A stretch of 64,000 nt of DNA from Dipteris shenzhenensis (taxonomy: Eukaryota): NCBI GenBank assembly GCA_047967505.1, contig CM106538.1. One strand, written 5' to 3'. The notes below the pieces were generated by a model. The model did not search any database, had not been told where the DNA came from, and was given only the letters and a program-made list of their open reading frames with translations. Positions 12,791 through 26,180 of this stretch are shown in pieces. Within the stretch, counting starts at the first letter, position 1. Each line of letters starts with the position of its first letter. Both the position numbers and the translations under genes were made by a program.

Positions 12791-13866
12791 AATGGCACAC
12801 TATGGTCTGACCCAGGAGGTTTCTTGGAGACATATAATGATAGAGACATGATCCTCTACACTGAGATGCACAAGAGCACACAGTAACTAGATATACATGG
12901 GAGTTAGCTCACAAGAGGGAGTTGAAGAGAAAGAAAGAAAGTTTATTAAAGTCTTTGGAGGACCGATGGGTCTATGAGATTGAAAAACCTAATACAATGA
13001 GCTGTGGTAGTGGAGCTAGTAAACAAACATCCACACCAATGCAGAATGCAAAAAATGCAAAATGGCAGTACTAAGTCCTAAGTACAACATAGTCATGTCG
13101 ATAGTCGACTATATATCAATCTCAGCATCATCGTCATCATCAACATCATCAAAATCATCATCATCCTCGTCATTAGCAGCAGGACATCAGGATGGATTAG
13201 GCAGTGGAGGCATGAGGTCAGCAATAGAGCGTTGTCAGCCCCTCAAGGGTGTAGTCTTGCTACGTCTCCTAGTCGTAGCTCTGCGTCTAACCAGGGCCAC
13301 TGTGACCCCTGTCGGTCGGGCTCAGACCCTAAACAAGGAGGGGATGTCCCCAAGTACGATCTATGTGTCAACCCTCTGTCTAAGCTGTCGGGTCACAGGC
13401 TCCGGGTCACGGTTATGTTGAGGTCTCGTCTTGTGGGCGTCTGTGATCTAGCTGAAAGAACTCCGTGATAGAGCTCTGAGAGGTATCAATCGAGGAAGAA
13501 GTCTCTGCTCCTGTCTCCGTGCTCGGAGTATCCTCTCGCGGTGTCTAAGCACATCATAAATGAAACCAACCAAACACCGCTGGTCTAGGTAGGAGAGGAG
13601 ACGAGCCAAACCCCCCTAACTATCTCTGAAGAGGCAATAGAAACGCCCTCGGATCTCATAGTAAACAGGACACCTGAAGATGAAATGCTCCTCTGTCTCA
13701 ACCTCCTGCATGTCACATAGTGTGCATATGCGCCTCTCCCTGGGTAACCGCTCTGCTCTGCCACTCTCGATATGAAGTCTATGTGAAGAGACCCGGAACA
13801 GTCCAAAAGAGATCCTCAACGAGTGGGGTAGGTGCATCTACATGTATCCTGGTGGATCAATGAAAC

Positions 13867-14014
13867 CCTCCGTTGTGATATGTAAGAAGTGATCTCTGTA
13901 GAAGCCCAGCTTCACTGGAAGATCACTCAGGCCCAACCAAGTCCTCCGTTGTGATATGTAAGAAGTGATCTCTGTAGAAGCCCAGCTTCACTGGAAGGTC
14001 ACTCGGGCCCAACC
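13867..14014. repeat. 76-bp tandem duplication inside RTE-X ORF2
   Basis: cctccgttgtgatatgtaagaag...ggcccaacc at 13867 and 13943. Confidence 0.92.
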
Positions 14015-16989
14015 GTGTCCGGAATATGTGTAGCTATAGTAGATCCTCACAGATAACCTAGTTGACCTCGTGTGATAGAAGGGGAGAGAACGAAGCATGC
14101 ATGTTGTAATGGAATGGAGATAGTCTGTCCATGTGGAGCCCTAGCCCCTCAAACCATCTCTCTGTGCATGCATACCAGCACCTCTGGTCTCCCCCTGCTG
14201 CAAGTGCTATAGAAGAGGACAGTGCTAGCCATGGTATCCTGCTACGCCCAGAGGTGTAATCCCCATATTCCCTGACTCGGTACAGGTATGTGATGGCCTG
14301 AAATGCAGCATCTAACTATAATGGGGGTGACCCAAATTCCGCCCGAATGATCCAGTGAGGAACGGATGGCTTACCACAGATCATCCGTGATAACATGAGA
14401 ACCTGCAGCTGCTTCACCCTGGCCCACTCTATATCCGACAAGTCTGGCCCTCAGCATGGACTGTCATACATCCCTACTGAGCGGACCAAGGAGTCAAAAA
14501 GCAACCCTTTGGTCCGTGGATTCTGAAAGTGAGAGCCGAAGCACTGCCTCTCTAGTCTAGCCAATGAAGCATATCCTCTGCTCAGACGTGCATGCATCAC
14601 CGGTCTCATAGTGAAGATGGGTCCAGAAAAGACGACCCCAAGATAAGTGTATGATGAAACTACCTCAACAGGGGACCCATCAAATGTGAACCTGGCGCAT
14701 GACGATTCGAGACGTATTGAAGATCATAACCTTGGTTTTATCCAGGTTGACCTTCAAATCATGAGACTCACAAAATACTGTAGTGTGTCAAGGTGTCTCT
14801 GGAGCCCCTCTGCTGAGGAAGACAAGAGAGCCACATCATATGCGTAAAGCAGTATCTGGATCAACATGCCCGCGAGAGAGCAACCTACCCCCCCGTGTTT
14901 GCATCACTGTCTCGAGCTCGTCAATGTAGAGGCCAAACAAGGCAGGTGATAATGGACACCCTTGTTTGACCCCGATAGTGCTCACGATCTCGTCCGTCCA
15001 TCCAGATCCTGTTCGGACTCTGCCTGAAACTCGCTCATAAAGTGCCATGACAGCCCAAATGATCTCCTGGTCGTAACCCAAATCCTGTAGGCATTGTATG
15101 AGGCCGGCTCTCGGAACTGTGTCAAATGCCTTGTGGAAATCCACAAAGCAACAATAAACCCTTTGCTTCTGTGCCCTCGCCTCCTCGATGATACATCTGA
15201 GCGCGACAATGTGGTCCATGGTCCCATGATCCCGCTTGAAACGGGCCTGTCCCGCTGCTTCGAGTCCTTGACACTCTGCAAATCTGCTGACCTCAAAATC
15301 AAGTATTGATGCATAAATCTTAGACATGACATGTCCAAACATAATCCGAGCTCATGGGATCCCCTGCCTTGTGAATGGGTGAGATGGTGTTAATGGTCCA
15401 GATGCGTGGAAACCCCAAGCAAACCACTTCATTGAATAGCTTTGCTAAGATCGGGGCTAGGAAATTAATCCCATATGCAATGAACTCAGTGCATAGTCCC
15501 TCATGATCCTTCGCTCGGCCATTACGAAGTTTCATTACGGCATCCTTTAACCCCCCGCTAGTGAAGAGGGTGCAGGATGTGAGACGTGGCATGTGTGATA
15601 GGTTAGGGACTGGCTGATTTGGGATATCATAGAGTGTGCCTGCATAATCAAACCACACCTGAGTGTTAGTGAGTGGTGAGGGGGACCGTCTCTCTAGAAA
15701 TCTCCGCCAAAAGTCCTTAGAGTTGTTACTAAATAGAATGTTAAGTACCACCTCCTCGTTTCGGTGCACAAAGTCAAGTTTCTTCGTGCGTACCAGTCGG
15801 CGGTACTCGCATAGCATCTCTGGTTTGCTCGGAAGATTGTTTTTGGTTTTGAATCCGAGCTAACGGCGTAAAGCCTTACACTCATCATCGTACCAGTTAT
15901 TACAGGGTACGGTCCTGGGTGGAGCGAGTGGTGTGGGGAAAGGCGTGAAGAGCAACCTCGTGTAGTGAGTGGGTGACTAGGACAGCATAGTCCTCTAATA
16001 GGGGTATAAAGTCAATGTATGCAAGAAGTATGTACAGACGGCCAGAGTAAGTAGGTGAGTGATCACGATCAAAGCGTATATCATGGTAGGTGGAGTAAGA
16101 ACTCAACGGGGTAGAAAGAGCTGTGCGGCGGGGGGTAGAAATCCTAAAGAAAAGATAGGTATGATCAGCCCTTGGAGGGAGAGGTGTTACGGTAAAGTTA
16201 GTGATGCGAGATGTGAAGGCAGGGGATCCAATGATGTAGTCCACAACACTGAAGCCTCACCCATGTGGAAAGCACGTGATGCGGGCCCTCTATCAAGACC
16301 ATTATAAATAATGAGGTCATGCATCCTACCGAGGTCTAATAGGGCCTGTCCATAAGATGCGAACCGTCCTTGTCGGTCAGCCGAAACTCGTAACATACCT
16401 GCCTCCTCAAGGTCAATGTCTGGCAGTAGAGTGGAATCATCCATGAAGTCGAGTGGTGCCTAACGAGCACCTCTCCTCGCGTTGAAGTCCCCAACTAGGA
16501 GGAGTTCTTCGCAACCAGAGAAGTCAACAATGGACTGATAAAGAGCAACAAATGGGGATGTCTCATCCTCCCCTCGAATATCTCTGGCAAAGCGGGAGGT
16601 CTCGGGGGAAAATAGCAAACTGCAATAAACAGATCCTGGCTATCCATGTGCCGAATCCGGATCTAGAGAAACTTGGAATGTGTATCTCTCTGCTCCACTG
16701 AGATGGCCCCTAAAAGTGTGCATCTGTAAAGGACTGCGACTCCTCCTGACCCTTAAACCCCTCCAGTATCCCTCATCTCATCTGTGTAGATAGACTCCCA
16801 TGTATACCCGCTAAGTACTGGTAGTGGGCGCTCTGGACTCTGATGTGTCTCTATATAAAAGACTATGTCATGACCTGTATAGAATTCCAAGAAGTTCCCT
16901 GGTTCTGACCATAAGGTACCATTACAGTTCCAGACGGTACAGGATAGGGTCTCGGATGTTTGAGTCTCATAGACCCCGCCTCCCTATGT

Positions 16990-18399
16990 GGGAGGAGAGG
17001 TGGGTGCCCGATGGGGGCCTGTAAGGAGTCGTCCATCTCGTACTACTGCCCACTTCCCCTCGTTGCGGGCCTGGTCCCACTGTTGCAATAGAAAGCGCCT
17101 CTCCTCAACCTGTAGTGGAGTGAGGTCCTCATCCATGGAGATCGCTGGCTGGTCTCGTAAGGCTGACCACGACGTAAAGCCGAAAGTCGTGCCTCGGCGT
17201 CATGGAACTGTATGATAAGGGGCTGCTCTCGGTTGGGGTCCCTCCCAACCTGCCATGCTCTCTCAATCCTATGCTCAGTCGCCCCTAGAGTAGTGGCCAT
17301 GAAGGCCGTCGCATCTACCATCGGTGTAGCCTCAGTGCATGGGATCCCACGTACTCTGATGTTGAGAGCCTTGCTGGCTCTTTGTTGCTATTCCAGGAGG
17401 GTAGCCGAAATGGTTACCCTTGCAGGTTCCCGTTTGGCTACGTCGACCCATCTGGATGTCTCCTCGATGGCAGATTGCATGCTCGCAATCTGTGCCTCCA
17501 CAACTGGGGCCCCTGGGACTGTATGTATAGCAGTGACCTCATGTCAGAGCTGCGAGATCTCCTATCTGAGCCCTTGAATAAGATCAGTTTGGTCTCAGAT
17601 AGCCTGAGATTGCTCCTATATGAGACGCACCTGCTCCTGGGTGAAGCGTGTCTGCTCCTGTGCGAAGCGTGACAGCTCCCTCTCGCGCTCGAACCTCCAT
17701 CAGCAAGTTCTCCCAAGCCTCTGATGGGTCAGCTCGTCCGTAGTGGAAACTGCAAGGACTATGGCATGAAAGTGTGAGGATGAGACTGGAGGCTGGTGAT
17801 GACTGGGTGAGATGGGTGCGGTATGCAGATGATAGTGGCCTGGAGGAGGCGATCCCAGCAGGGTGTGGGAACGTGGGCTGACTGAGAGGTAGAGGGGAGA
17901 AAAAGGTTGAGTAGTGCGGAACAGTGTATGACCCCTCCAAAGGAGGTGTCATAATCGGAGAGAGAACTGTAGTGGGAGAGGAAGGGAGAGATGGAAGAGA
18001 TGGTGTCAATGACAACCCCTCTATCTTAGGGGAGGGTGGAGCAATCAATTTCATGGGTAGGGGTATATCAGAGCCAGGAGCTGTAACTGTAAAGGCTGTG
18101 GACGGAAGTAGAGCTGAAAGTGAAGTTGAAACTGAAACTGGAGCTAATGCTGAGACTAGCGCTGAAGCTGAAGATGAGGATGTAGTTGAGACTGAAGTTG
18201 AGACTGAAGCTGGAACTGAAGCTAAAGCTGATACTGAAGCTGAGGCAGAGGTGGACCCTGCCTTTGCTTTGCTGTCAACTCCGAGTCCACTGCAGTTGTA
18301 GCGTGTGTTCACATCCTCGAGTTCCAGTTGTGTTTGTTTCTTGGCTTTGTTGCCATCTTTCTTGGCGGCTTTATCTGTATCTTTGCCACCTTTCCCCAT
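16990..18399 (-). pseudogene. ORF1 of the RTE-X-like element (basic N-terminus, Ser/Pro-rich linker, coiled coil, RRM/CTD-like end), frameshifted
   Basis: ORFs 17584-18399 and 17043-17321; ALNIRVRGIP..RAWQVGRDPNREQPLIIQF..MDEDLTPLQ..GKWAVVRDG resembles the L1ORF1p/Transposase_22-type C-terminal half. Confidence 0.75.
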
Positions 18400-20175
18400 T
18401 TCGTTTGATTGACCCGTGTTGGTGTAGGTCTTAGTGCAGGAGCAGGAGTACGAGGCTCCGGGGGGTGGTTGTCCTTTTCAAATCAGACCTGAGACCACTC
18501 ATATATGTGGTCCGGAGAGAGGAGCATGCACGCAAATCTGGATACGAGTTTAGCTTTCAGGTGCTCGACCTATCTTACTATAGATGGACACAGCCCATAT
18601 GACACGATCCATGATGACATCACAGAGTTCTCCACGCAGGGAGACACACTCCTACAAGGGGATTTCAATGCACGGACACGAAATAGATAGGTGGGCCTGC
18701 CTGACTTCAGAGATGACAAAGATCCACACTTAGTACCGGAGCTAGATGTAGCTGATCTCGGAATATTGAGGCACTCTGTAGATGCCCCACAAGTGATAGG
18801 GTATGAACAACATCTGCTTGTGCTGGGGGCTATCCACGACTTGATCATCTATAATGGTCTCCATAGATGGCCATCTTCTGGAAGACTTGCTTGCTTCCCG
18901 CATGGCGCTGGGTCTAGTACAGTGGACTATCTAGTAGGCCCACTAGACTTTGTCTCACAGATACAGGACTTCACCATACCCCCCCCCCACACACTCAGAG
19001 TTGACCACACATACTTGGCCTTCCATATCTCTACCACCATGCCAGCCACAGTGAGAGCTCCCTCCCCACCCACTCGCTCGCATTCAGATCCACTTTGACC
19101 ATACCCTTGACCTAGTGTACATGAGTCACCTGGCCAAGGAGATCCCGGCCCTACTTTGGAGATGATATAGACCTCGCCAACGCTTCCAACACCCTTGTCT
19201 CAGTGGTACAGGCTGTTGCTACCAGACTCTTTCCCATGACCCAATCCAAGTGGGTTCGAGACGGGAAGATGCCTCAAAACCCTTGGTTCGACGATGACGA
19301 GTGCAGAGAGGCGAGAGCCCACCTCACATAGGAGCAGGCTTTGAGTCATCTGACATCAGCTAAGGCACACACGATCTTTCGACTGACATTCGTAAGAGGT
19401 GGGCCTTCCTCACACATAAGATGGATGAGATTGTCAGATCTTTCTGAGGAAAAGACCCAACCAATGGATAGGGGTTTCTATCGAAGGGGAAGCCACCTAT
19501 CCCCATTACCGACCCAGGGGTGTGGCACATGTATGCATGTTCCCTCTATGATGCCAAGATGCAGACACCACTGGATATGTCCTCTATGCCCAGGCCCACC
19601 AGTTGTCACATGTTCACGATACAGAATGTACGCTGCACTTCGTCGATTATACAATCGCAGCGTAGGACCATGAGGACCTACGGCCTGATCACTTTGCACA
19701 TGGACAGGAGGTCCTGGCTCCGATACTAGCACAGATGTTCAACCGGTTGTGATGGCTTTCCAACTACTTAGAGCACCACCACTATTGTGCCGATACACAA
19801 GGCCAAGGACCCTATGGAGACTAGCAACTACCATACCCTCATGATTGGCCATACTCTGGCCAAGATTTATGGATCAGTTTTAGAGAGGGAGCAGGCACTA
19901 GGACAAGCAAGATTCTAGAGACAACATTCTACCCTAGATCACATCTTGACTCTAAGGGCTATCATTGAGGAGGCGAGATCTAGACACCAGAAGGTCTATA
20001 CATGCTTTGTAGACTTTCGGAAGGCTTTTGACACTATCCCAAAATCCCGCATGATCAGGAGACTATAGGAGCTGAAGATTGCAGAGACACTGATATGAGG
20101 GGAGATGAGCCTATACAAGTCAGTCAAAGACAGAGTTAGTGCACCAGGTGGTCTATCGGACTTGGTCGAGAGTAC

Positions 20176-21993
20176 TGTAACAACAAAAAATGATATTTTG
20201 TTTTGAAACCTGTGGGAGGATTTGTGAGGTTTGCACGGTGACAAAAGCTAGCAACGGAGACAAAGAACCAAGAAGCGTGATGGAGGAGTTGGTGGCGGGA
20301 GACGGCTCTTTGCGGCTACTCTCGTTGCGGCTTGTCAATCTTTTGATGTCGACTACTTTATTTCATGTAATCATTAATGTGGGTTTGACACTAATTAGAA
20401 TAATTAGTGAAAATGATTGCAGAGGTGATTATGAGTGGAGTGCATCATTTTAAATACCACGGGTATGAATTATAAATACCTTGGTATAGGGATAGAATGG
20501 TTTGAGAGAGAGATTATTTGCTTTGTAATTGGGACATAGAAATGAGTCATATATTTAGAGTGGGCCAAAAGCCTACATGGACTCAATAATGTACTAAAAT
20601 AATAGGGAGTGCACATGGAGAGCATGTGGAGGGCATGTGGAAAAGTGCAGAGGAGTGTGGAGTCAAAAGGAATCCTTCTAGAATTCTTATGTGGAATGTG
20701 GAGGATGTTGACATGTGGAAAATAGGAGGGTCCTCTTGGGCTACATGTGGGAGGACTATTGATTTTTCTACTCAAAAGGATAAAGAAGCATCTTATGATG
20801 GGACACTTGTCAAAATCCTCCTAAAAGGACAATTGATGATGACCCATGCCCTTATGTTAGGAAGAGGTAAAAGAATCTACTCCCAGTAAATGTAACAGGG
20901 TGAAGGAAGGTGAGAATTGCACTATAATAGAAGCCCCTCCCCTCTCTCTCAAGGCATCTCATTTTTTCCTTGTAGCCTTGCCATTGCCTTGTATCTAGCT
21001 CCTTCTATGCCTCTCCTTTCCCTTGAGCCTTAGCCCCTCTCTTCATTGTAGTTCTCTCCGATTGGGAAGCTTTCCTGGGTTCCAAAACCAAGATCTTCCC
21101 TTCTTTTCCCATTTTCTCATATTTTTTCCCTCTTCGCTCAGGGAGCTCCATTGGTGCTCATGTATGGCTTGTTTTGGGATTTATTCTGAGGGGATTCTCT
21201 ACCCTTTAGGGCGACCTCAGTCCAATATGTATTGTGGAAGCAACCGCTTCAGTAAGAGAAATCGTTGCCTTTTCCTATTGCTCAAGTCGCTCTTGGACTG
21301 TTTTGGTACCCTGTCGTAAAACGGCCATAACTTTTTGCTCCCTACTCCGTTTTGGTCGAAACCTATATCACAATCTTCGTCTCTTTGAGCTCTATCCATT
21401 TATGTCTTTACTTCCATGTTATGATTTACTGAGAAAATGTTACAGTGCGCAGAACAGGGTAGACTTGGATTTGGGATAGTTTTGGAGTCTGTTACTCAAA
21501 TGGTCCTAACTTCTCATCTCTTGTTTCATTTTTGTGAACTATATGTCAACATTCTTGTCTTTTCAAACCCTACAAGCATGTGTTCTTTGTTTTGGGTTCT
21601 GAGGGTCAAAGGAAGAGCTATTCCCATGCTATCATAGCTGTATTTTTATTTCCAATAATTATGGGTACTCTTGTGTGGAGCTTTATCAAAATGATGCGAT
21701 CCAACAATGCCATACGTCAGACTGAGCCCTACCAATTCAGCCCCATCACTTCCATCCATGTAGTTCTTAGTATGAAAATTTTCTTCCAACAGAGGCTTGC
21801 TCTTACATTCGGCGCCGAACGCTTGGCAGAAATCGATGCTTCCCCTCAACCTTTCCTCTTTCCCATGTTGAACTATGATCTCACCTTTGATGTTTATATC
21901 TTTATCTTGCTTTGATTGGTCTATTTTCCTTTCCCTCTTGTTCTTTTGACTCTAAGAAGTGACTAGAATTAAGCCCCCAAATTCTGTGTCACA
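20176..21993 (+). mobile_element. Solo LTR (1818 bp)
   Basis: Termini tgtaaca...tgtcaca with flanking gtac at 20172-20175 and 21994-21997. Removal restores the host RT VESTIGVKQGCP. TATA-like ctataata at ~20922 followed by a CT-rich tract; no coding motifs. Confidence 0.88.
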
Positions 21994-24497
21994 GTACAAT
22001 CGGAGTGAAGCAGGGCTGCCCTAACCCTTTTCGGGCTTTACATTGATGACATCACTTCCGTCATAGACCGCTTAGGAGGCGGAGGATCACTACTAGCAGA
22101 TCTCATGATACAAATATTGGTATATGCTGATGACATAGTCCTTATCTTATCCTCAACAGAGGGGCTGCAGAGACGTTTGGAGTCCCTAGAGGTTTTCTGC
22201 AGAGAGAGAGACCTGACAGTCAACCTTGGCAAGACCAAGGTTATGGCCCTCAACCTCACATGTAGTGCTTCATTGACTCAGCTTCACCTACTGAGATGAG
22301 CCAATGGAGATAGTGCAGTCCTACACATATTTGGGAGCAGTCTTTACAAGACCTCTTTTCACTATGACACATGCAGCTCATGCACGACTCACACGGGGAA
22401 GGAGTACTCTGGCACGATTGGAGACGATTGGAGACAATGCTTCTAGGGACACTTTCAGGATCCATTGAGGAAGTGTTGGCTCTTTGATACGCTAGTGCGA
22501 CCGACTGCCATGTATGCAGCATCCTTCTGGGGTTGTAATCTATTGATAGCAAAGTGGAGGAGATTTGAGCAACTATAGGTGACTATGGGATCTAGGATTA
22601 TTCAGAGCAAGCCCTCAGTCCCTTATGAGATAGTACAAGCGGAGTTCACCATGACACCACTACAGAATGATGCCATCTTCCAAACAGTGACATTAATTCA
22701 TAGAGTCTTGGACCTAACCCACTGGAGACTAACGAGGCTGGCCCTCCAGAAGACTAGTTGAGAGCAGGGCATACACATGGTATGCACGTATATCCACATG
22801 GTTTGCCAGACATGGGATTCAGATGGGCAGGGTTCCCTTCCTTTCAGTACAGTATGGATGCACCCCCTAAGTGATCCCGCAAGAGGAGATTAACCGTATC
22901 ATACAGTTAGATCTCCACTCCACACGTCTCGGACTTGGGGGGAGATCAGGAGTTCCCCACCAAGACCTAGTTCTACCGCGATCAATTCCTGAGCGTCTCA
23001 AAGGAGGGATTCATGATCAGACCCCAATATGTGGAGGACAAAGGAGTCTCACATGCCTTGAGGATGGCTATTGGGAAAATGTAAGTTTCATATCATTAGC
23101 TGAGGATTGAGACAGGGAGAGCAGCACGTATATACCTAGAAAGCAGCGGATCTCCATGCTATGCACAGTGAGAGTGATTGAGATAGAGGAGCACTTTCTC
23201 TACGCGCCTACCCAGCCTACTACGAGATCTGAGGGTGACACTCTTGTCTCTATCAGGATGGGAGTGGCTTCGGGCCACTATCACGATTGATCCGCTTCCT
23301 TGACCAGGTCTGCATTGGGCTCTATCTACTTGAGATGCGCCGACACAGGGAGACCCTCCTATGATAGATCAGAGAGCAACAAGAGGTGATCAGACCATAG
23401 GATACAGAGGCTAACTAGACACAGCGGTGAGTCACAGATTTCTATGTTTTTGAGTCAGCTCCAGGCGACAGTGGGGTGGAGGAGGAACTATCTGATATGT
23501 GGGCAGTCTGGATTACCGAGAGAGACCTGCAAGGCCACCTATGACATGGAGAGCAACCAGAGCACCCTCTATTGGGGTCCGACATATCACAGCTTTTCTC
23601 AGAGGACTCTTCCACCAGCAACCCTTCTCCACCTAGTTGCGCCTCCACCCGCAGCGCACCTCCTCCCCGCCTAACTACGTACCCACCTGCAGCCCCGTCT
23701 ACCTTACTGTGCCTCCACCCACATCCCTCCCTACCCGCCTCCTATCCCCCGCGTCTCCTCGCTACTCGTCACCTGCCCCTCCATACCCACCTCCTATCCC
23801 TCGCCGCGTTGCCTTTGCAGCCCCTCCGTCATGCTCCTGCAGCACCTCCTTGCCCACCATCTGCCTCCTATCCCTTGCTCATGCTCGGCCATCCGCTTAC
23901 AGCCCCCCTATAGAGAAACGATAGGGTTTGCAGTGGAGCGATCAAAAAATAGACAATACTCAGATACAACTGAAGAACGGAACTCAGAAAACATAGTGCC
24001 TGTCGGTAATATGAAAAACTGAATACAAGAACCTCAAGCTGTCGTGTCTTAAGGACCGTGGCTGAGGTGAATCAGAAAGATGATTCCATGTAGAGAAACT
24101 GTAGAAAAGATAGCAATAGAGGGAGCGAAGCGCAGTCCTCCATGTAGCTCGATGATGACGAAGAAGATGAAGGGCTAGAACTGCCCTAGGAAATGGCTGA
24201 AAACCAGCATGCTCTGAGGAAGGAACCTTCAGGCTATCTGGAATAGCAACATGATGAAGAAAAGGAGCAGATCTAGAGCAGGAGGGGCAGATCTGGAGCA
24301 GAAGAAGCAGAGGGGCAGATATGGTGCAGAAAGAGCAGAGGAGCAAAAGAGACAGATCTGGAGTAGGATGGGACAAATCTGGAGCAGAAGGAACAGAGCT
24401 GAAGTAGAGGAGCAGATCTGGAGCAGAGGAGCAGAAGTTGGGACAGATCTGGAGGAGAGGATGGAGCAGCCAGGAGGCAGGAAGGAGAGGCAGAAAG

Positions 24498-26011
24498 AAA
24501 GAAAGAAAGAAGTGTATTATTGTCCACTAAAGACCAAAATGGGCCCATGGGACATCAAGAACTCTGCATACAAGATAGCACAAAATCAAGGTGCCACAAA
24601 GAAGAGGCATCGTCGAATATCATCTAAGTGCTACGCAATACAATGCAAGTGAAAGTACATAATGTCAAATCTGAGCCTAAATACAAAGTAAACTAGATGC
24701 AAGGAAACCACCCCTGGGTGCAAAATGGGGGGATGAGTACAATATGCCAATGCAAAGATACAAGTCCAGGTGTCACGGAGTCTGAGAACCAAAATATGGA
24801 AATCCTGTCCATCGACTCTGCCTCCTGCTATGAGAGTACAAATCTGAGCAAAGGTGAGGTGAGCGGCTAGTGGGGCGAGATCTCCATGAGTAAGTCTCCT
24901 CCGAAAAGCTGCCATCATCCTGGATCGTCTGGAGATGAAGCGGCGAGTACGTCCCCTATGTAACAAGATCCTGCGGCGTCTACAAACCATCTCATATGTA
25001 CATCCACAGGGTGGAGGCATGTGTCCTGTGTGAGCTCTAACCTCCTCGTGCTCCTCCTGGTCTCTGTCCTCTAGTATAGCGTGTGCCTGAGCTCTATCAA
25101 GCTGGGCTCTATCACGCTCCAATCTGTGCTGATGGTCTCTGAGGTAGTCTCGTCGAAGCATAGTGGCCTCCCTGACATAAAGAGCTAGGCAATGCTGATC
25201 CTCGTAGTCCATCACTCGTGAGAGAGGTCCAAAGCCATCCGTGAAGAGACAGTGGAATCTACCTCTGAGCTCATAATATAGCGGGCATCTGCAAATGAAG
25301 TGCTCCTCTGACTCCACCTCTCCCATGGTGCAACAAGGGCAGATCCTCGTCTCTCGGCCTGGTCGCCGTCCATCCTCCATGCGTCGCATCCTACCAGTCT
25401 CTATCTCGAGCTGATGCGAAGAGACTCTAAGCTGGCCAAGGGCAATCCTCAGTGAGTGGGACATGTGGATACCTGTATAACCTGGTGGAATGACAAATCC
25501 ATCCTCTGAGATCCGAAGGAAGTGGTCACGATATGTGGCCATCTTCGTCGGAAGCTGCGTGGGATAAATCCAAGTGCGATACGTATGAAGCTGCAGCAAG
25601 TCTGCTCTCGTGACCTGGCTAAGCTCGTGGCGAGTCAACTCAAGATGAGGGGCATCTATGCTGTATCGAAAGGGAGGCAGTCTATCCATGTCTAGTCCAA
25701 GAGATGTGAGCCACCTAGTGAGTCTGAAGTACCAGCAGTATCGGGCCCCAGATCGCCGTGCCAACTCCATAGAAGATGCAAGTGCTAACCATGGCAACTG
25801 AGCTCTGCCTGCTGCTGAGTCTCCAAACTCCCTAACCCTGTGCAAATACATGACTGACTGAAACGCTGCATCCAATGCAAGGGGAGTAGCTCCAAACTCT
25901 GCTAGCATGATCTCATGCGGAACTGTAGCCTTGGCCCTAATGAGCTGAGAGAACATGATGATCTGTAACCTCTCTACTCGTCTCCGATCTGCAGCGCCGA
26001 GGTCTCCTGCC
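24498..26011 (-). mobile_element. Young 5'-truncated RTE-X-like LINE (1.5 kb) with 7-bp TSD
   Basis: TSD cagaaag at 24491-24497 and 26012-26018; (CTTT)n tail; uninterrupted frame 24631-26011 containing RVSSHQLEIETGR..CPCC..ESEEHFICRCPLY. Confidence 0.93.
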
Positions 26012-26180
26012 CAGAAAGGAGCCCAGAGAGAAGGCAGCAGCCAGGAGGCAGAGAGGAGCAGAACTGAAGAGGAGAGGTAGAAGTGGAGCAGGCGGGGCTG
26101 CAGCAAAGCATGGAGGAGAAGAGGAGCAGCTGCAGGTCCTGTCCTGTCAGAAGGAGTGTGGGGGCAGATGCCTTTTATAG

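Larger units (their letters stand above)
12930..18432 (-). mobile_element. Full-length (~5.5 kb) RTE-X-like LINE, decayed
   Basis: ~33-nt 5' UTR, then ORF1 ATG at 18399. EN (WNCNGTLW ~16930, GDFNAR ~16480), RT (CCFVDFHKAFD, GVKQGCPLSP, YAYD ~14840), and C-terminal RVSSHRLHIESGR..CTLC..EEHFIFRCPVY (13616-13837). Ends aataaa + (CTTT)n at 12930-12947. The host frame RELK|SAGAGVRGSGG rejoins exactly across the insert. Confidence 0.92.
11030..23896 (+). mobile_element. Old RTE-X-like LINE acting as host, split by three insertions
   Basis: ORF1 coiled coil 11050-11520 and C-terminal IYLDDDLTLLQ..GKWAVYRD (11706-11891). EN start KIAVWNCNGTL (11995-12027) resumes WSDPGGF at 12803, then GVRGSGG..GDFNART at 18433-18690. 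RT ..VES|TIGVKQGCP is split at 20175/21998; YADD at ~22123; C-terminal Cys/His motif ~23150-23230. 5' end not defined. Confidence 0.88.

Noticed and set aside
18440-18520. Three-way-junction or hammerhead-like fold on the minus strand as a 5' ribozyme of the RTE-X element
   Set aside because: There is no proper CUGANGA/GAAA core, and the segment is plus-strand EN coding sequence of the host (GVRGSGG..) outside the element boundary at 18432.
24631-26106. 491-aa ORF as a novel host or chimeric gene
   Set aside because: It is a 5'-truncated LINE ORF2. The first ~30 codons are flanking DNA beyond the TSD, with a non-ATG start.
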